Shown here piece after piece: positions 35,228-47,960 of a stretch of DNA of 64,000 nt. Origin of the DNA: Rhynchobatus australiae (Eukaryota). The notes under the pieces were generated by a model. The model made no database searches. It was not told the origin of the DNA and saw only the letters and a program-made list of their open reading frames with translations. A program made the translations under genes and the position numbers. The stretch lies in contig JAUZTB010000087.1 of the NCBI GenBank assembly GCA_034780895.1, forward strand, positions 48,662,741-48,726,740, written 5' to 3'. How positions within the stretch are numbered: the first letter of the stretch is position 1; every line of letters begins with the position of its first letter.

Positions 35228-37264
35228 TTCTTGGTGTTAAAATTGAGATTGTTTTGCACAGTTCCCTTCTCAAACTAATTCTTTGCCAGTCCATACCAAT
35301 CAGAAATCTTCAATTTTTTTGTCTTTTTTCTGCCTTTCCATCTACTAGCCTTTAAGAGAACCGGGGCAACTAGATACAGAGCACCAGATTCAAGCCTATT
35401 TTTTTAATCAGTAAATTTCAGTTTCACTTGCTGTTTGGTCGTATTCACCCCTGAAATGTTTCCTCTTTTCCAAAGCACATGCTTACTTCTTGGACCTACT
35501 CAACACTCTGTTTTAATTAACTCATAGAATAATTTGTTCCATAAGATGCAGTAGCTTTAAAATAAAGGAAAACATATTCCCTGGCCTCCCAATCCTCACC
35601 CCACTTCTCACTACAAATTTTATTGGGTCATTCCAAAGTTTTGATGGAAGCTGAACTGATAAACTTATAAAAAGTTCCATCATAACTTAAATTCCTGAAT
35701 CATGTTTGTTGCTTCTTTTATACTTCCTCAAAACTAATAAAGTGGTTGCTATAGTTTTGTGCCTAGATCTACATGAAGGGATGAGGTGGGATTGTGAGGG
35801 GTTTGGTGGGTGGCAGGCAGCAGAGGAGGTAGTGGGGGAAGTACAGAGGGGGGAGAGAGATGGGATGAGTTTATGGGGAGTGCGAGTGGGAAGATAGATG
35901 AGAGAAAGGAAGCACAGACTGAATAGGGTCAGGACAGAGCAGGGTTCAGAGAGCAGTGATAGATGATTTACATGTTGTAGAATACTGCATTGTCAATGGA
36001 TTGTGCAGCCATTTCTCACTGGATCTGAGTCTGTTGAATACATCATCAAGCAATCGGAGAATTGCAGGATGACCATGAAACGCACCAGGCAGGAAAAAAC
36101 AAAAAATCCCCAATGTATGTTTAAAAAAATGCAAGCTGGCAAGATTGCAGTATTTGGAATTCACTGCCCCACTCCAGTTCTTGAAAGGGTTAAGGGATGT
36201 TATAAAGCTGGGCTAGAAGGGAAAGGCAAGCATTGATATTTTAATCTGATATATTACAACTTTAATATGCATTCTCATTCACTGTCTGCANNNNNNNNNN
36301 NNNNNNNNNNNNNNNNNNNNNNNNNNNNNNNNNNNNNNNNNNNNNNNNNNNNNNNNNNNNNNNNNNNNNNNNNNNNNNNNNNNNNNNNNNNNNNNNNNNN
36401 NNNNNNNNNNNNNNNNNNNNNNNNNNNNNNNNNNNNNNNNNNNNNNNNNNNNNNNNNNNNNNNNNNNNNNNNNNNNNNNNNNNNNNNNNNNNNNNNNNNN
36501 NNNNNNNNNNNNNNNNNNNNNNNNNNNNNACTTTCAATTCTTAACTGTTTCAGTGATGACCCTCATTAGAATGACAACATGATAGTCTGAAGTGCAATTG
36601 TAGTGCTTTTCTATTCCTTAAAATATTTTTAGAATAACGAAGCATTAGAGTGACGCTCTGTGTGGCTGCGACAATGCGATGACCAAAGCAATGAACGCCA
36701 ATCACTAACCCCTGATAGTGGATTGGAACTAATCACTGATGGTAAATTGGAATTGAAAGTGCTCGTTGCAACTGTTGGCTAAACCTCAATATAATTGTGT
36801 AGCTGGATTGAAAATCAACCTCTTGGCTTCTTCTTCTGGGACCCAAATTGTAATCTAGCCTATCCAGATGGAATAAACACTTCTCTCAATGGTATGGGTT
36901 CAGAATTTGGAACAGCCCTAGGCTTATTTCTGAGCACCAATGCCATGATAACTGCCCGTATCACCTAACTCAGGTTGGAGTGGGAATGAACATTCATTGT
37001 GTAATAAGGGGTTGCTGTGCTAATATGTAATGATGAGGTAAAGGAGATGAAGTTTTATCCTGCATCCTTCTTACAGTGCATGAACTTCCCCAGAAATAAA
37101 TTGGACATAATTATCCACTCAATTCACTTACATTAATCTCAGTCTATTGAGGAGCATTGTCACCTATTGGTCCAAAGATTATGAACACAAGCTACGCTGG
37201 TTATACCAATTCTAATTGGATGTATTCTGGGAGATTTGACCATAAGTCTCCTACAGCCAGTCCC

Positions 37265-37445
37265 AGTTCTAATTGTGTCCTTTCTTGTAAAACAAAATGT
37301 GTTTATTTATGTTTAAATGTTGTTTTTTCATATAAATGCTGCTTCTATGATGCTATGTGCCTGTGATGCTGCTGCAAATAAGTTTTTCATTGAACTTGTG
37401 CATGCTTGTACTTGTGGAGATCACAATAAGATAGATTTTGAAACA
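37265..37445 (+). mobile_element. Rex1/Babar 3' UTR fragment
   Basis: Highly similar to 60-225. Confidence 0.65.
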
Positions 37446-37564
37446 ATCTGATTTCTAATCTTGACCAATCAAGAAAATATCAGAACAAACCGCATTTCTT
37501 TCCCCAATCCCTTCTCTCCTTCAGGTGAATGTGCAAATTTCTTTCACAGGTGTGGCTCACACAC

Positions 37565-37985
37565 ATATCTGAATCAGAAGGTTGTGGGTTCAAGTCACAG
37601 TCCACAGATTTGAGCATGAAAGTTTAGGCTGACGCTCCCTGGCATTACTAAGGGAGTGGTGCTCTATTGGAGGTCCCTTCTTTCAGATAAGATGATAAAC
37701 TGAGGTTCAGGAGGATGTAAAATATCTCACGGCACTGTCTTGAAGAAGACGATAGGAATTTTCCAAGGTGTACCGGGCAATGTTTAACCTTCAGTCAGCA
37801 TCTGTGAAATAGATGATCTGTTCATTATCACATTGCTGTTTGTGCTTACTGTAGGCACATTGGTTATCATATAACTGAAATTACAACCGTGACTACATTT
37901 TGAAAATTTGTCATTGGTTACAATGCATTTAGAGAGTCCCAGCAATGATATAAAAGGCACTGTATAAATGCAAATCTTTCTTTAT
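37565..37985 (+). mobile_element. Near full-length DeuSINE-like (SacSINE1-type) SINE
   Basis: tRNA-like B box 'gggttcaagtc', central 'ggatgtaaaatatctcacggcactg...tgaagaaga...cattatcacattgctgtttgtg', L2-like tail 'aaaggcactgtataaatgcaaatcttt'. Confidence 0.7.
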
Positions 37986-38379
37986 CACAGCAGGAAACTG
38001 CTGATGTCTTACCCAAAACCACTGAGATAAATTATTTCTTTCTCGCTGCTGATTGTTAGATTGGTGCATCTCCAACTAGGCAACATTGACTGTATACAAA
38101 GTTATGCTGCTGCCTGTGGAACAATTTAGAGGTTGCAGAAGCTGTGGAAAGAGCTACATAACCGCAATTTGTGTCTTTCTTCCATATCTTATAGCAGGGT
38201 AATATGCACGTCACCTTGACTTTGTCCCAGTGATGGATAGTACAGGATAGGATGTTTTGGCAGAGAAGTCTCCAATCTTGCTTTCTGTTTCATTGCCTTT
38301 CACAGTACATGTTACAGTGGTGACTGGATAAGTCTTTTGGAAATAATTGGTAACAGAGTTGAATAGAAGTATTAATTAT

Positions 38380-38480
38380 AACAAAAAACAAACTGCTGGA
38401 GTAGCTCAGTGGGTCAGGCAGCATTTGTGGAGGCAGAGGGATGGTCGATCTTTCAGGCCAAGTCCCCGTATCTGGACTCT
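38380..38480 (-). mobile_element. Penelope-like terminal fragment
   Basis: 'tgctggagtagctcagtgggtcaggcagcatttgtggagg...gtcgatctttcaggcc...tctggact'. Confidence 0.65.
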
Positions 38481-38871
38481 AGAACTATTAACTGTAACTC
38501 AGAGTCAGAATATCTTGGAGCCATAAATTTGCTAAAATATCACGGCCTATTGACTGGCTTCAATGGAACTGAATCTCGGAAGAAAAATTACAAGGTGGTG
38601 ATGCTGGTTTTCATGCCGCCAACCAGCGATTAACTTTCACACCATTGTACCTGAATTTTGAAAAGGAGTCGGGGTGATTTCCACTGGAGGTCTGCATCGG
38701 CATAAAATTAAAATCTGACCCAAACCCAACCTGACTTCTACCAATGTGAACCTGACCCAGACCTGATCCGATCGTCAAACTATATTTAACAATCTCAAAC
38801 ATGTCATTCAAGTGCAGTAATTGGAAGTAAATCCTCCCCACCCAGACTAAATATTGAACCCATCTAGCTGG

Positions 38872-39125
38872 GTGGGGCAGTAGCTCAGCAATTAGTGCTG
38901 CTGCCTCACAGCTCCAGTGACCTGGGTTCAATCCTGGCCTCGTGTGCTGTCCTTGGGGAGTTTTCATTTTCTCCATATGACTGCATGTGTTTCCCTGGGT
39001 GCTCCAGTTTCCTCTTGCATCCCAAGGGCATCCAAGTGAAATTCTTTGGTTTCCACACATGCCGACACTACTAGCAACAGACTCAATACTGGCTGCTTGT
39101 TTGATGGTGAGCATTGTCTCCTGCA
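38872..39125 (+). mobile_element. V-SINE-like SINE
   Basis: 'ggggcagtagctcagc...cctcacagctccagtgacctgggttcaatcctg'. Confidence 0.65.
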
Positions 39126-39429
39126 TGTGGATGGAGTGATACAATAATACCTATCCCCCACTGATTGGCTGCTGTGGGCCTACAAGAAAGAGAGGGGAAT
39201 GTGCTAATTTGTGTTGCATATTGCACTTGAGTGATGTGACTGTGATGGTATGTCTTACAGCAGTGTCATAGAGTCACACACCATGGGAAAACACCCTTCA
39301 GCCCTTCATTGCTGGGTGTGAAAGGGTAAGGTGGAGTTCTTTATTGTACCTGTACATACATGTACATGTGCATATGACAATAAACTTGACTTGATGTTTA
39401 CCCAAAACTACTCATTGTCTGTGTTAAAC

Positions 39430-40100
39430 AGGATCTCGGAAAAGAAGCTTATTTACAAAAAAACTTCCTTGATCTCGGTATGAACTACTTTTGAAGCCTG
39501 ATCTTTGTTGTAATGAAGGAAACACAGCAGCCAAGTTGTAAACAGCAGCTCCCACAATCCGCTCTGATTACTTGTCCCAGCAATGATAGTTGAAGAATAA
39601 ATATTAGCCAGGACTATGGAAAAACTCTTTTGTTGGTCTTCGAAATTGTGCCATAGAACGTGTTATAGTCAAATGAAAGACACAGTTTAATGAAAAGTGA
39701 GGCCCCCAACAACTCAGTTGCTCCTTAGCATTGGTTTGGAGTATCCACCAATTTTATGTACTCAGGATTATGAAGAGTGAGATCAAAACAGAAAATGCTG
39801 GAAACATTCGGCAGGTCAGGCAGCATCTGTGGAAGGAGAAACAATTAATGTTTCAGGTCCAGGACCCCTCATCAGAGAGAGAGAGAAAAATGAGTTCATT
39901 TTCAGAAACAGAGAAGGTGGGGGAGGGATAGATAGAACAAAGGGAATATCTCTGATAGGGTGAGATCAAATGGGTGCAGGGGAGCAGTTAGAGTAACAGT
40001 TAGCACAACATTAAACATCTTTGTGTAATCTAAAGAGTGGGACTTGAGGCCAGAACTGCTTGGTTTACTAGAGAAAGTGCTACCTCTGAACTTCAGCTGG
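39430..40100 (-). mobile_element. DeuSINE-like SINE split by a Penelope-like insertion
   Basis: Tail/core 39430-39770 ('aacagcagctcccaca...taaatattagccagga') and head 40035-40100 ('gagtgggacttga'). Confidence 0.5.
39780..39965 (-). mobile_element. Penelope-like terminal fragment with hammerhead core
   Basis: Minus strand reads 'CTGATGA G GGGTC CTG GACCT GAAA CATT', followed by 'cacagatgctgcctgacctgc...ccagcattttctgtttt'. Confidence 0.7.
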
Positions 40101-42489
40101 TACCAGGAACATTGACCTGGGACTGACAGGATTGCTCTTCCACGAGCAGGAGTAGCACTGATGGGCTGAGCGGCCTTCTATACCTTAACAAGTCTATAAT
40201 GCCACCGAAATGCCTAAAGCCTCAGCCATGTCAGATTGATCCAGATGCCAAGTTGGATGTGAGAAAGATCTTGAAGTTACATTTTTTTCCTCATCTGCTT
40301 GCTCCATGTATTAAATCCCATTGACCTCTTGAGCCCAACACCCATGTCAAAAGATAGAAACGTCTTTAACTTATCAAAGCTCAGAAGTTAAAAATGTGAA
40401 GAGAACAATTTCTTGACAAGATGTAAACCCTGCTATGTCTTTTCCAGAAGGCCTGTGTTTAGCTTTATTTATTTATTTATGAACCAGCCATCTGCAATCA
40501 CATTCCATTAGCGTTAATGTAGAAACAGAAAGCGCTTTAGTGCCAGCCCAGCACCCAAAACTGCAAGCGAATAAATCATCCTGGAGCAATATCCAGGCTG
40601 CCTCTGCAGGTGACTCATTGATTATGCTATTAGCTTCATGCACAGTCTAATGTCAAACTTAAACACTCCACATTCATTATGATTGCTTCTCCTGAAGTAA
40701 TATCACCTTATTAGCCATGACATGAGAAGCATTCTGTTTTCCAGGCTCTTGTTTCCTGCAGGAATACTGTACCTTGTTAGATGTGGAATTGCATTTATCA
40801 AACCTTCTTCCCTGACAGGAACTCACTGCGCAGCACTGACACACACCATCAGTCATTGTTTTACAGATTGTGACTTTTAACCCTATGTGACTGTGAATGC
40901 CCCACTCACTATCAGCTGTGGTTTGCCCCTGTGTTGGGACAAGGAGGAAAGCAAAATATTTTAAGCCGTTGTGAGGGGCATTCACACAATTATAATGAGG
41001 GCAGGTCATCAGAGTGCAGTGGTGCCTGCTCTCTGTCCATGTTTGTCCAGACTTAAATGATGGACTGAAGTGTACAGGGGTTGAATGACCAGGAAAACCA
41101 TACACTCAGTATATTTGCTGTACAACTGGTGAGTAGCATGTACAATGGTGAGTGGCATGGGGTATATACAATAAGGACAGGGTAATGGAAGAAGCTTATA
41201 ACAATTGGGAGGATCAATTAGCACTGTAATTACCAGTGTTAATAGAGGCAGAAACTTGAACGCATACACATCTTTTTCCATTATGAGCACGTAACTCTCG
41301 ATGATCACCAATGTGTGTCCATGCTGTATTGATAATCACTATTTTAAAACTGTACCAATAATTGTCCAGTGCCAACAGCGTGCCTGCAAATGGCACATAG
41401 CTAACAAATGGAATGAAGAAGCAGTGCAAAAATTCAGTTGTCTTTCTGCAGAGATTGAAATATATAGATCCTTCTATTTATCGTCACTGTGACTAATTGG
41501 TGTGGAATGGAGACAAAGTCATGCACCATGGATTGGAGCTGCAAGCAGCTCTAAGTAAAGGCATCCCTGCTCCAAGCACAAAACCTGGGCATCCTAAATC
41601 ATTTCCCATTCTGTCCCATTGTACAGAATGCTTGATCCAAGTATAGCAGTTAATACAGAGGACAGGGCCAAGTCAGTAAATATTCCCTTCCCCAATAGTT
41701 TGTTTTTATTTCTATGTAGATTAAGTATAGCCTGAATAGTGCAAAGTATTGGAGAGAGCAGGATATTTTTGAAGTTTAATCACTTTTGGGTAAATTATAA
41801 ACTTTNNNNNNNNNNGTTGCATGTTTCTGAAGAACTGTTTTTTCCTGTTGAGAGAGAATTGCTAATGATTAAGATCAAAAAAACCTGCAGATATTGGAAA
41901 TCTGACATTAAAACAGAACATGTCAGAAACATTCTGCTTTGCTTTTAATTAGAGTTTTATTTATTTTTGTTCAGACCCTTGTATAGGCATAGGCCACATT
42001 ATACTAATAATTAAGAAATGTGATGTTTAGAATGGGGGTGAGACCCTTGCAGTGCAGGAAATAGTGATGTGGATAGGAACCCCGGTTCAAGTTGCATGGA
42101 AAATTTGTTCATTATGAACATTAAAACACTCCCCCAGCTTCATGCCGCATTGGAGCCAATGGACCACAAGTTTGTTCACATAACCCCCTCAAAACACAGT
42201 GCTAAAAATCAGAAATTTTGCACATATTTCTGGGTATAACAGCACTCATCCTGAAACGTGTTCCTTCTTTTTTGGAGGGATTTCCATTCTTCCTCACACT
42301 TTTTTTAGTGTGGGAATACTCCCCCAAATAACAACACCTGAAAATTTCATCTGCAGTGAGATTTTCAACTGTACTGGTGTGGAATATGACAGTTCTTATT
42401 TAATCACAGAAAAAAAAAACAGGGTCTGCTGTAATGAAAACAGAAAAAGCTGAAAAGATTCAGCAGGTCTCATCAAATGGAAATATTCC

Positions 42490-42613
42490 CTTTGTTCCAC
42501 TCATCTGCTCTCCACCTTCTCTGCTACCGAAAACTAGTGTTTCTTCTTTCCCAGTCTGACAAAGCATCGCAGACCTGAAACATTATCTCTTTCCACAATT
42601 GCTGCTTGACTGG
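42490..42613 (+). mobile_element. Penelope-like terminal fragment
   Basis: 'ccagtctgacaaagcatcgcagacctgaaacatt...tccacaattgctgcttgac'. Smaller minus-strand pieces lie at ~41875-41935, 42425-42470 and 42738-42770. Confidence 0.55.
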
Positions 42614-43077
42614 NNNNNNNNNNNNNNNNNNNNNNNNNNNNNNNNNNNNNNNNNNNNNNNNNNNNNNNNNNNTTGGATTTTCAACCAGGTTTTATGAATG
42701 GTGTATCCTTGCATCCAAAGGGCCAATGTTCAAAATGAGAAGCAAAGGACTGCAGATGCTGGAATCTAAGTACATTGTTTGTCCTCACTGAGATCTCTGA
42801 CCTCCAATATAGCTCACGTGTGTGCTCGGATTGTCTTGCCTGTGGAAATCAGAATCATGGTTAATTCCAGTTTCTGAGCCACAGGATTTTTCCACCGCTG
42901 TCGCATTTCATTTTTGCTGCTCATTGTTGCAATAGGGAGGTCACCCAGGGTCCATGTTCAAGGATGGGAGGCCTCATCTACTTCACCCACAACCCACAGG
43001 AGCTGGCAAAGTGGGCACAGGGATTTGCCTGCATTGCAGACTTTCCTAAAGTGCAGGCAATGATAGACTGAACTCAT

Positions 43078-43430
43078 GGGTGGTATGGTGGCACAGCAGT
43101 AGGTGCTCACAGCTCCAAGGACTCTGGTTCGATTCTGATCGAGTGTTGTTGGAGTGGAGGTCGGAGGTTTTCTCTGTGACTATGCAGGTTTCCTTCAGGT
43201 TCTTTAGTTTCCTCCCATTTCCCAAAAGCATGCTGGAGGGTTAATTAACTGCTACAAGTTGGGGTGACAGCAAAAGGATTCCAAGGGAAGTTTCTGGACA
43301 TGTGTAAGAGAGAATGGGTTGGGGGTACAGGGAAATAAGGAGAGGGGGGAATCGGTTTGATGGGATTGCTCCCCTGGGAGCTGGCAAGGACCGAATTGGC
43401 TAAATGTCCTCCTTCTGTGTTGTTATAACA
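43078..43430 (+). mobile_element. V-SINE-like SINE
   Basis: 'ctcacagctccaaggactctggttcgattctg' (B box), core and tail as at 13238-13560. Confidence 0.65.
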
Positions 43431-43877
43431 AGTCCTTACAGAGACCAGCTGAGCTAACCTCCTCCCAGGAACTCCTCAGTGTGGCCCTGAAGGGCATCAG
43501 TGGTTTCCTGAGCAAAGAACAAGCATCCTGCACACACTGCACTTCACCATCTTGTCCATGTCCCTGAGCTCCTGGATGAACTCTTCCACTCCTCTCTCGT
43601 CATTACAACATCCATTCATTCAGCAGCAACACCTCCTTGTGGTTGGAAGTTTTCTTGCACAGTGGCTTGTTACTTCAGTTGCTACCTGCAACATTACACC
43701 GATTGGGTTCTGTTGTCAGAACGGCGAGAAGCTGCATCACACTAATAGGGTACNNNNNNNNNNNNNNNNNNNNNNNNNNNTAAGCACAGCTTAGTACGTG
43801 GAACCCGCAATGCTGCTCTGTGAGCCAAACATTTGAAGTTGTCATTCTTTGCATGATTTTCACAAATAAGGCAAGAG

Positions 43878-44140
43878 GCACCACAGTGGTTCTGCTAGAA
43901 GTACTGCTGCCTCACAACTCCAGTGACATAGGTTCCAATCCTGATCTTGGGTGCTGTCAGTGTGGAGTTTGCACAGTCTCACTGTGACCGCCTGGGTTTC
44001 CTCCTATATCCCAAACACATGCAGGTTGGTAGGTTATTTCTCTACTGTAAATTTCCTACTGGTGTGTAGGAAAGTGGTAGAATTTGGGGAGAGTTGATGG
44101 GATTGTGGGTAGAATCAGTTAAATGGAAAATTAGTGGGGG
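43878..44140 (+). mobile_element. V-SINE-like SINE
   Basis: 'gctgcctcacaactccagtgac...gtgtggagtttgcacagtctc...gggtttcctcc'. Confidence 0.65.
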
Positions 44141-44224
44141 AATACAAGAACATAAGAAAACAGGAGCAGAAATAGACCACCAGGTCCCTCAAGCCTGCCC
44201 TGCCATTCAATATACTCATGTTCA

Positions 44225-44350
44225 GTTAAAGGGGTGCTTGATCCGAAACATCAATTGTCCATTTCCATCCACAGATGCTGCCTGATCAGTTGAGCTCCCA
44301 GCATCTTGTTTTATCGTTCCAGATTCTAGTATCTGCAGTCTCTTGTATCA
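44225..44350 (+). mobile_element. Penelope-like fragment inserted in a minus-strand CR1 tail (44145-44460)
   Basis: 'tccgaaacatcaattgtccatttccatccacagatgctgcctga...tatctgcagtctcttgt'; CR1 tail 'cataagaaaacaggagcagaaatagacca...ccattcaa' resumes as 'atggctgatct'. Confidence 0.6.
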
Positions 44351-44784
44351 CTATGGCTGATCTATACTGGCCTCAACTCCTCTTCTGTGCAAATTCCCCA
44401 CTGCACTCAATCTTTCAAATATTTGTCCATTTCCCCTTTAAATGTTTTGTGACCCAGCAGACACAATGCACCAAATAATCTCCTATATCAAAAGGAAATA
44501 TGGAAAATATATGGAATAGCATTAAGGAGATCGATAACACTGTTTTCAACTAATCTGGAGAAATCTCTGGGTCCCTATTGTCTCGTGGAATGTACTTGGC
44601 TGATTCACACATTGATCAGAGAGTTTGAGGACAAAATGCTGAAGACAAAAATAAACAGATGCTACTTGATATTGATAAATTAACAAGAGGTTATAATAAC
44701 CTTAATAGTAAATGCCTCAGCAGTGCAACACTGAAGATTGGGTGGGGCAAATTAATGTTGAACTTGTTTTGAAAGAAGGTCCAG

Positions 44785-44958
44785 TTTATGTTTCTGCCCA
44801 TCATCCTTCACCCCTCCTCAGTCCACCAATCACCTTAAGCTCCTGTCTAACCACTCCCCGTCTTCTTTTAATACTAGCTATCTCCCTTCTCCAATCTCAG
44901 TCCTGATGCAAGGTTTTGACCCAAAACATTGAGAATTCCTTTCCTCCCACAGATGCTG
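44785..44958 (+). mobile_element. Penelope-like terminal fragment with decayed hammerhead
   Basis: 'cagtcctgatgcaaggttttgacccaaaacattga...cccacagatgctg'. Confidence 0.65.
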
Positions 44959-46284
44959 NNNNNNNNNNNNNNNNNNNNNNNNNNNNNNNNNNNNNNNNNN
45001 CTTATAAAATGTCTATGCATCCTGGAACAACTGCCTGGACAGTTGAAACTCTGAATGGCACAAGATGAAGTCAAGACATGGTCACAACTATATTTTCAAT
45101 ACAATAGACAACCACAGTTTCCCAAGCTGTTATGATGTAGAAGAGTGGAAGGATTACTGAATCACTTCCCAAGGGCCTTGTTGAACCATCTGATAATTCC
45201 ATGCTAATTTATCTTGCAGGAGCTGTCCAAGGTGATTGGCACTTTCTGCTTCACAGCAAGTACTTAGTGCCTTTTACTGTGGATCTTACCCCACTTCCCC
45301 TAAGGCTTTAAACACAAGCTGGAAACTTTATTACATACAAAATCACTAACCAGAACCTGTGTCCCACTTGTCCAAGCCACAAGTTTCAACAGCGTCAAGT
45401 TATTATTCAGCAATTCTGAGTCCATTTCCCGTTTGTTGTTTGAGTCTCTTGAATTAACAGAAGTGACACTGAGGCAGAATGAATCTCTGAGAAAGTGTGC
45501 CTTAAAAGCCTTAGGAGTGGTTCTCAGCACCAGAGATAATTTCCTCTATTTCTAATGATAATTTGACAAAAAGATTGGAAATGTTAGATATGGATATTAT
45601 TTAAATGGGGCAAAACTGACACGGCATTTACAATTATGCTGCTCCCCAGTTGCTTCATGAGATGATTTCAGATACACATGGAGATAATAGAAGGCAGGAT
45701 CACTGACTAATCCTGCCTTGTAAACTGGCATGTACTGAATAAATACTTTGTGCTTGGTAACTATTATCATGTAACCAATTAGACCCGCTGTGCTAATTAG
45801 GTCCAGTTCCATGAGTCCTAAAGTAACCATGGCAATGAATGGGCATGAAAGAGATGGATTAGCTATAGAAAATGAGCTTCTTGTTTTCCTGATCCAGAGG
45901 AAAATGTCTTTAGTTATAGTGTAGTAGTAATGACATGTTTAATTAAGAAATGCCACCACAATTACATCATTATCTATTGTCACTTAGAACCCTTGTAACT
46001 TTTAAGTGCAATCTGCCCAAATCCCGCAGCCTTTCAGTAGAGAGAGCAGGAATTCAGCATCCAATTTATTCTGTTAATTGGAGAATGTTTGCATTCTGGC
46101 ATCACCTTCTCACTAGAAAGTGTATACCAGTTTTGTTTTGAAATGTACTATTTGGTTGTATTCTAAAGNNNNNNNNNNNNNNNNNNNNNNNNNNNNNNNN
46201 NNNNNNNNNNNNNNNNNNNNNNNNNNNNNNNNNNNNNNNNNNNNNNNNNNNNNNNNNNNNNNNNNNNNNNNNNNNNNNNNNNNN

Positions 46285-46358
46285 GTGCAGCTGGCATACC
46301 AAGCAGTAATGCTGTATGTCAGGATGCTCTCCACCGCACACCGATAGAAGTTCACCAG
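46285..46358 (-). mobile_element. Rex1 fragment
   Basis: 'LVNFYRCAVESILTYSITAWYASC'. Confidence 0.75.
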
Positions 46359-47369
46359 AATCCAGAATTTATCTGGAATGTCACAAAAATGTTCCAGGAA
46401 CCAACATAACAAAGCAGATTTTTTAAAAGTATTCTATTAAGATGTATTCCTCAATGCATATAAGAGTAGTAAACTTTTGCAATTTTATTAATGCAGCTGA
46501 AAATGGATTTATCACCACAAATAAGTGTTCTAACAAACATGTTCAGTCCTCCACCTGTGAGTAACCTAATTTAAAACACTGACAAAGAAACCTGCATGTT
46601 TCGGTGCAATGGTAAACTGATTATGTGTAGAAAAGAAACAAAATAATGCAGACACATAGTTCCTTACTGAACTTCAGAACATCCCACTGATGGATTACTT
46701 ACAATGTGCCCATTATTGCCTGTGCAGTTAAGAAAATGAGTAAAATTTGAACAGCCTTTCAAATCTGCACAACTGGCAAAACTTCACAATTTCCACATGG
46801 GATAAGGGCAATTTGGGAATTGCAAACCAGTATAAAAAATGGCAGAAAACACAAAATTATGAGTAAAACCCATTATATTGAAATGGAGTTTGCAAATACG
46901 ATAGTATTGTTCAGGATAAAGTAGATCTAACCAGGAACTCTAATGTAAATAATAAGAGTAGAATCTATAGGTATCATGAAAAGAGAACATCTGTCTTTGT
47001 CTGATGTACAACAGTACTGGTTTTGAGTGAGCTTTGCAGATGTGAAAATGTAAGCTGGTTAGCAGAAATATAGTTTTTATGTTACAGCTTTGATTTTTTT
47101 TCTGTTCCTGAATTTTATTATGTTGAGACTTTAGTCATTAAGGGTATTGATGAAACTTTATCAGCCACAACAAGAGCACTGGGGAGTCATACTTATTCCA
47201 GTTGTGTTTCTTGATCACAAGTTTATGGATTGGAAGAGAGTTAGAGGTTTAGTGGCAACCTCTGCTGACCCACTGCTGTATGCAGATTAGGAATCAGGAA
47301 GTTTCTGCTTGAAACAGCTGGGTGTTTTATAGGGGCATGTTACCATAGTTTCTTACAACATTGAATGCT

Positions 47370-47668
47370 TTCAGAGCATTCCCATTAATCTCATTCCCTC
47401 ATTTATTTCCCTGTAACCTCTTCTCTCTTACATGTCCATCCAATCTTCTCTCTTTCTCCTGCAATCTCTCTGCAGTTGAGACTATTTACAGTTGCCAGTT
47501 AACATACCAGCTCATCTTTGGGATGAGGGAGGAAACCGAAGCACCTAGAGGAGACTGGAATGGTCACCGGGAAAACATACAAACTTCACAGACAATACCA
47601 GAGGTCAGGACTGAACCCGTTGAGCTGTGTGGCAGCAGCTCTACCTGGTGCATCACTCTGTCACCCTG
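47370..47668 (-). mobile_element. V-SINE-like SINE
   Basis: 'tctttgggatgagggaggaaaccgaagcacc...gaggtcaggactgaaccc...gcagcagctctacc'. Confidence 0.65.
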
Positions 47669-47689
47669 CGTTTTGGGGACAGTGACATA

Positions 47690-47960
47690 AGTTTGTCCTG
47701 TAGCACTTTGACTGTTCCAACGTATCCACTAACAGTCTTTCCATCTTCATCTTGCACAGACATCTGCTGATCCAGAACGTTGTCGCCCAAATCCTCTCCT
47801 GCAATGGAATCCAGTCAGCCTTTATCATGGCCCTTGCTGATTTGCAGCTCCCCATCAACACAAACTTAAACTTCTCCTCCTTATGCTTAAATCCCACTTG
47901 GTTTACACATTGGCTGCATGAGCTTTGTCCATCTGATTCCAGCCACTTATTCACCTTTCC
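47690..47960 (+). mobile_element. L2-type LINE fragment
   Basis: 'LIQNVVAQIL...IMALADLQLP' resembles the L2 C-terminal LQLIQNSAARIL...L..LHWLP pattern. Confidence 0.45.

Noticed and set aside
38690-38780. 'acccaaacccaacctgac...acctgacccagacctgatccga' short repeats resembling DNA-transposon subterminal motifs
   Set aside because: No partner terminal inverted repeat or target-site duplication was found.
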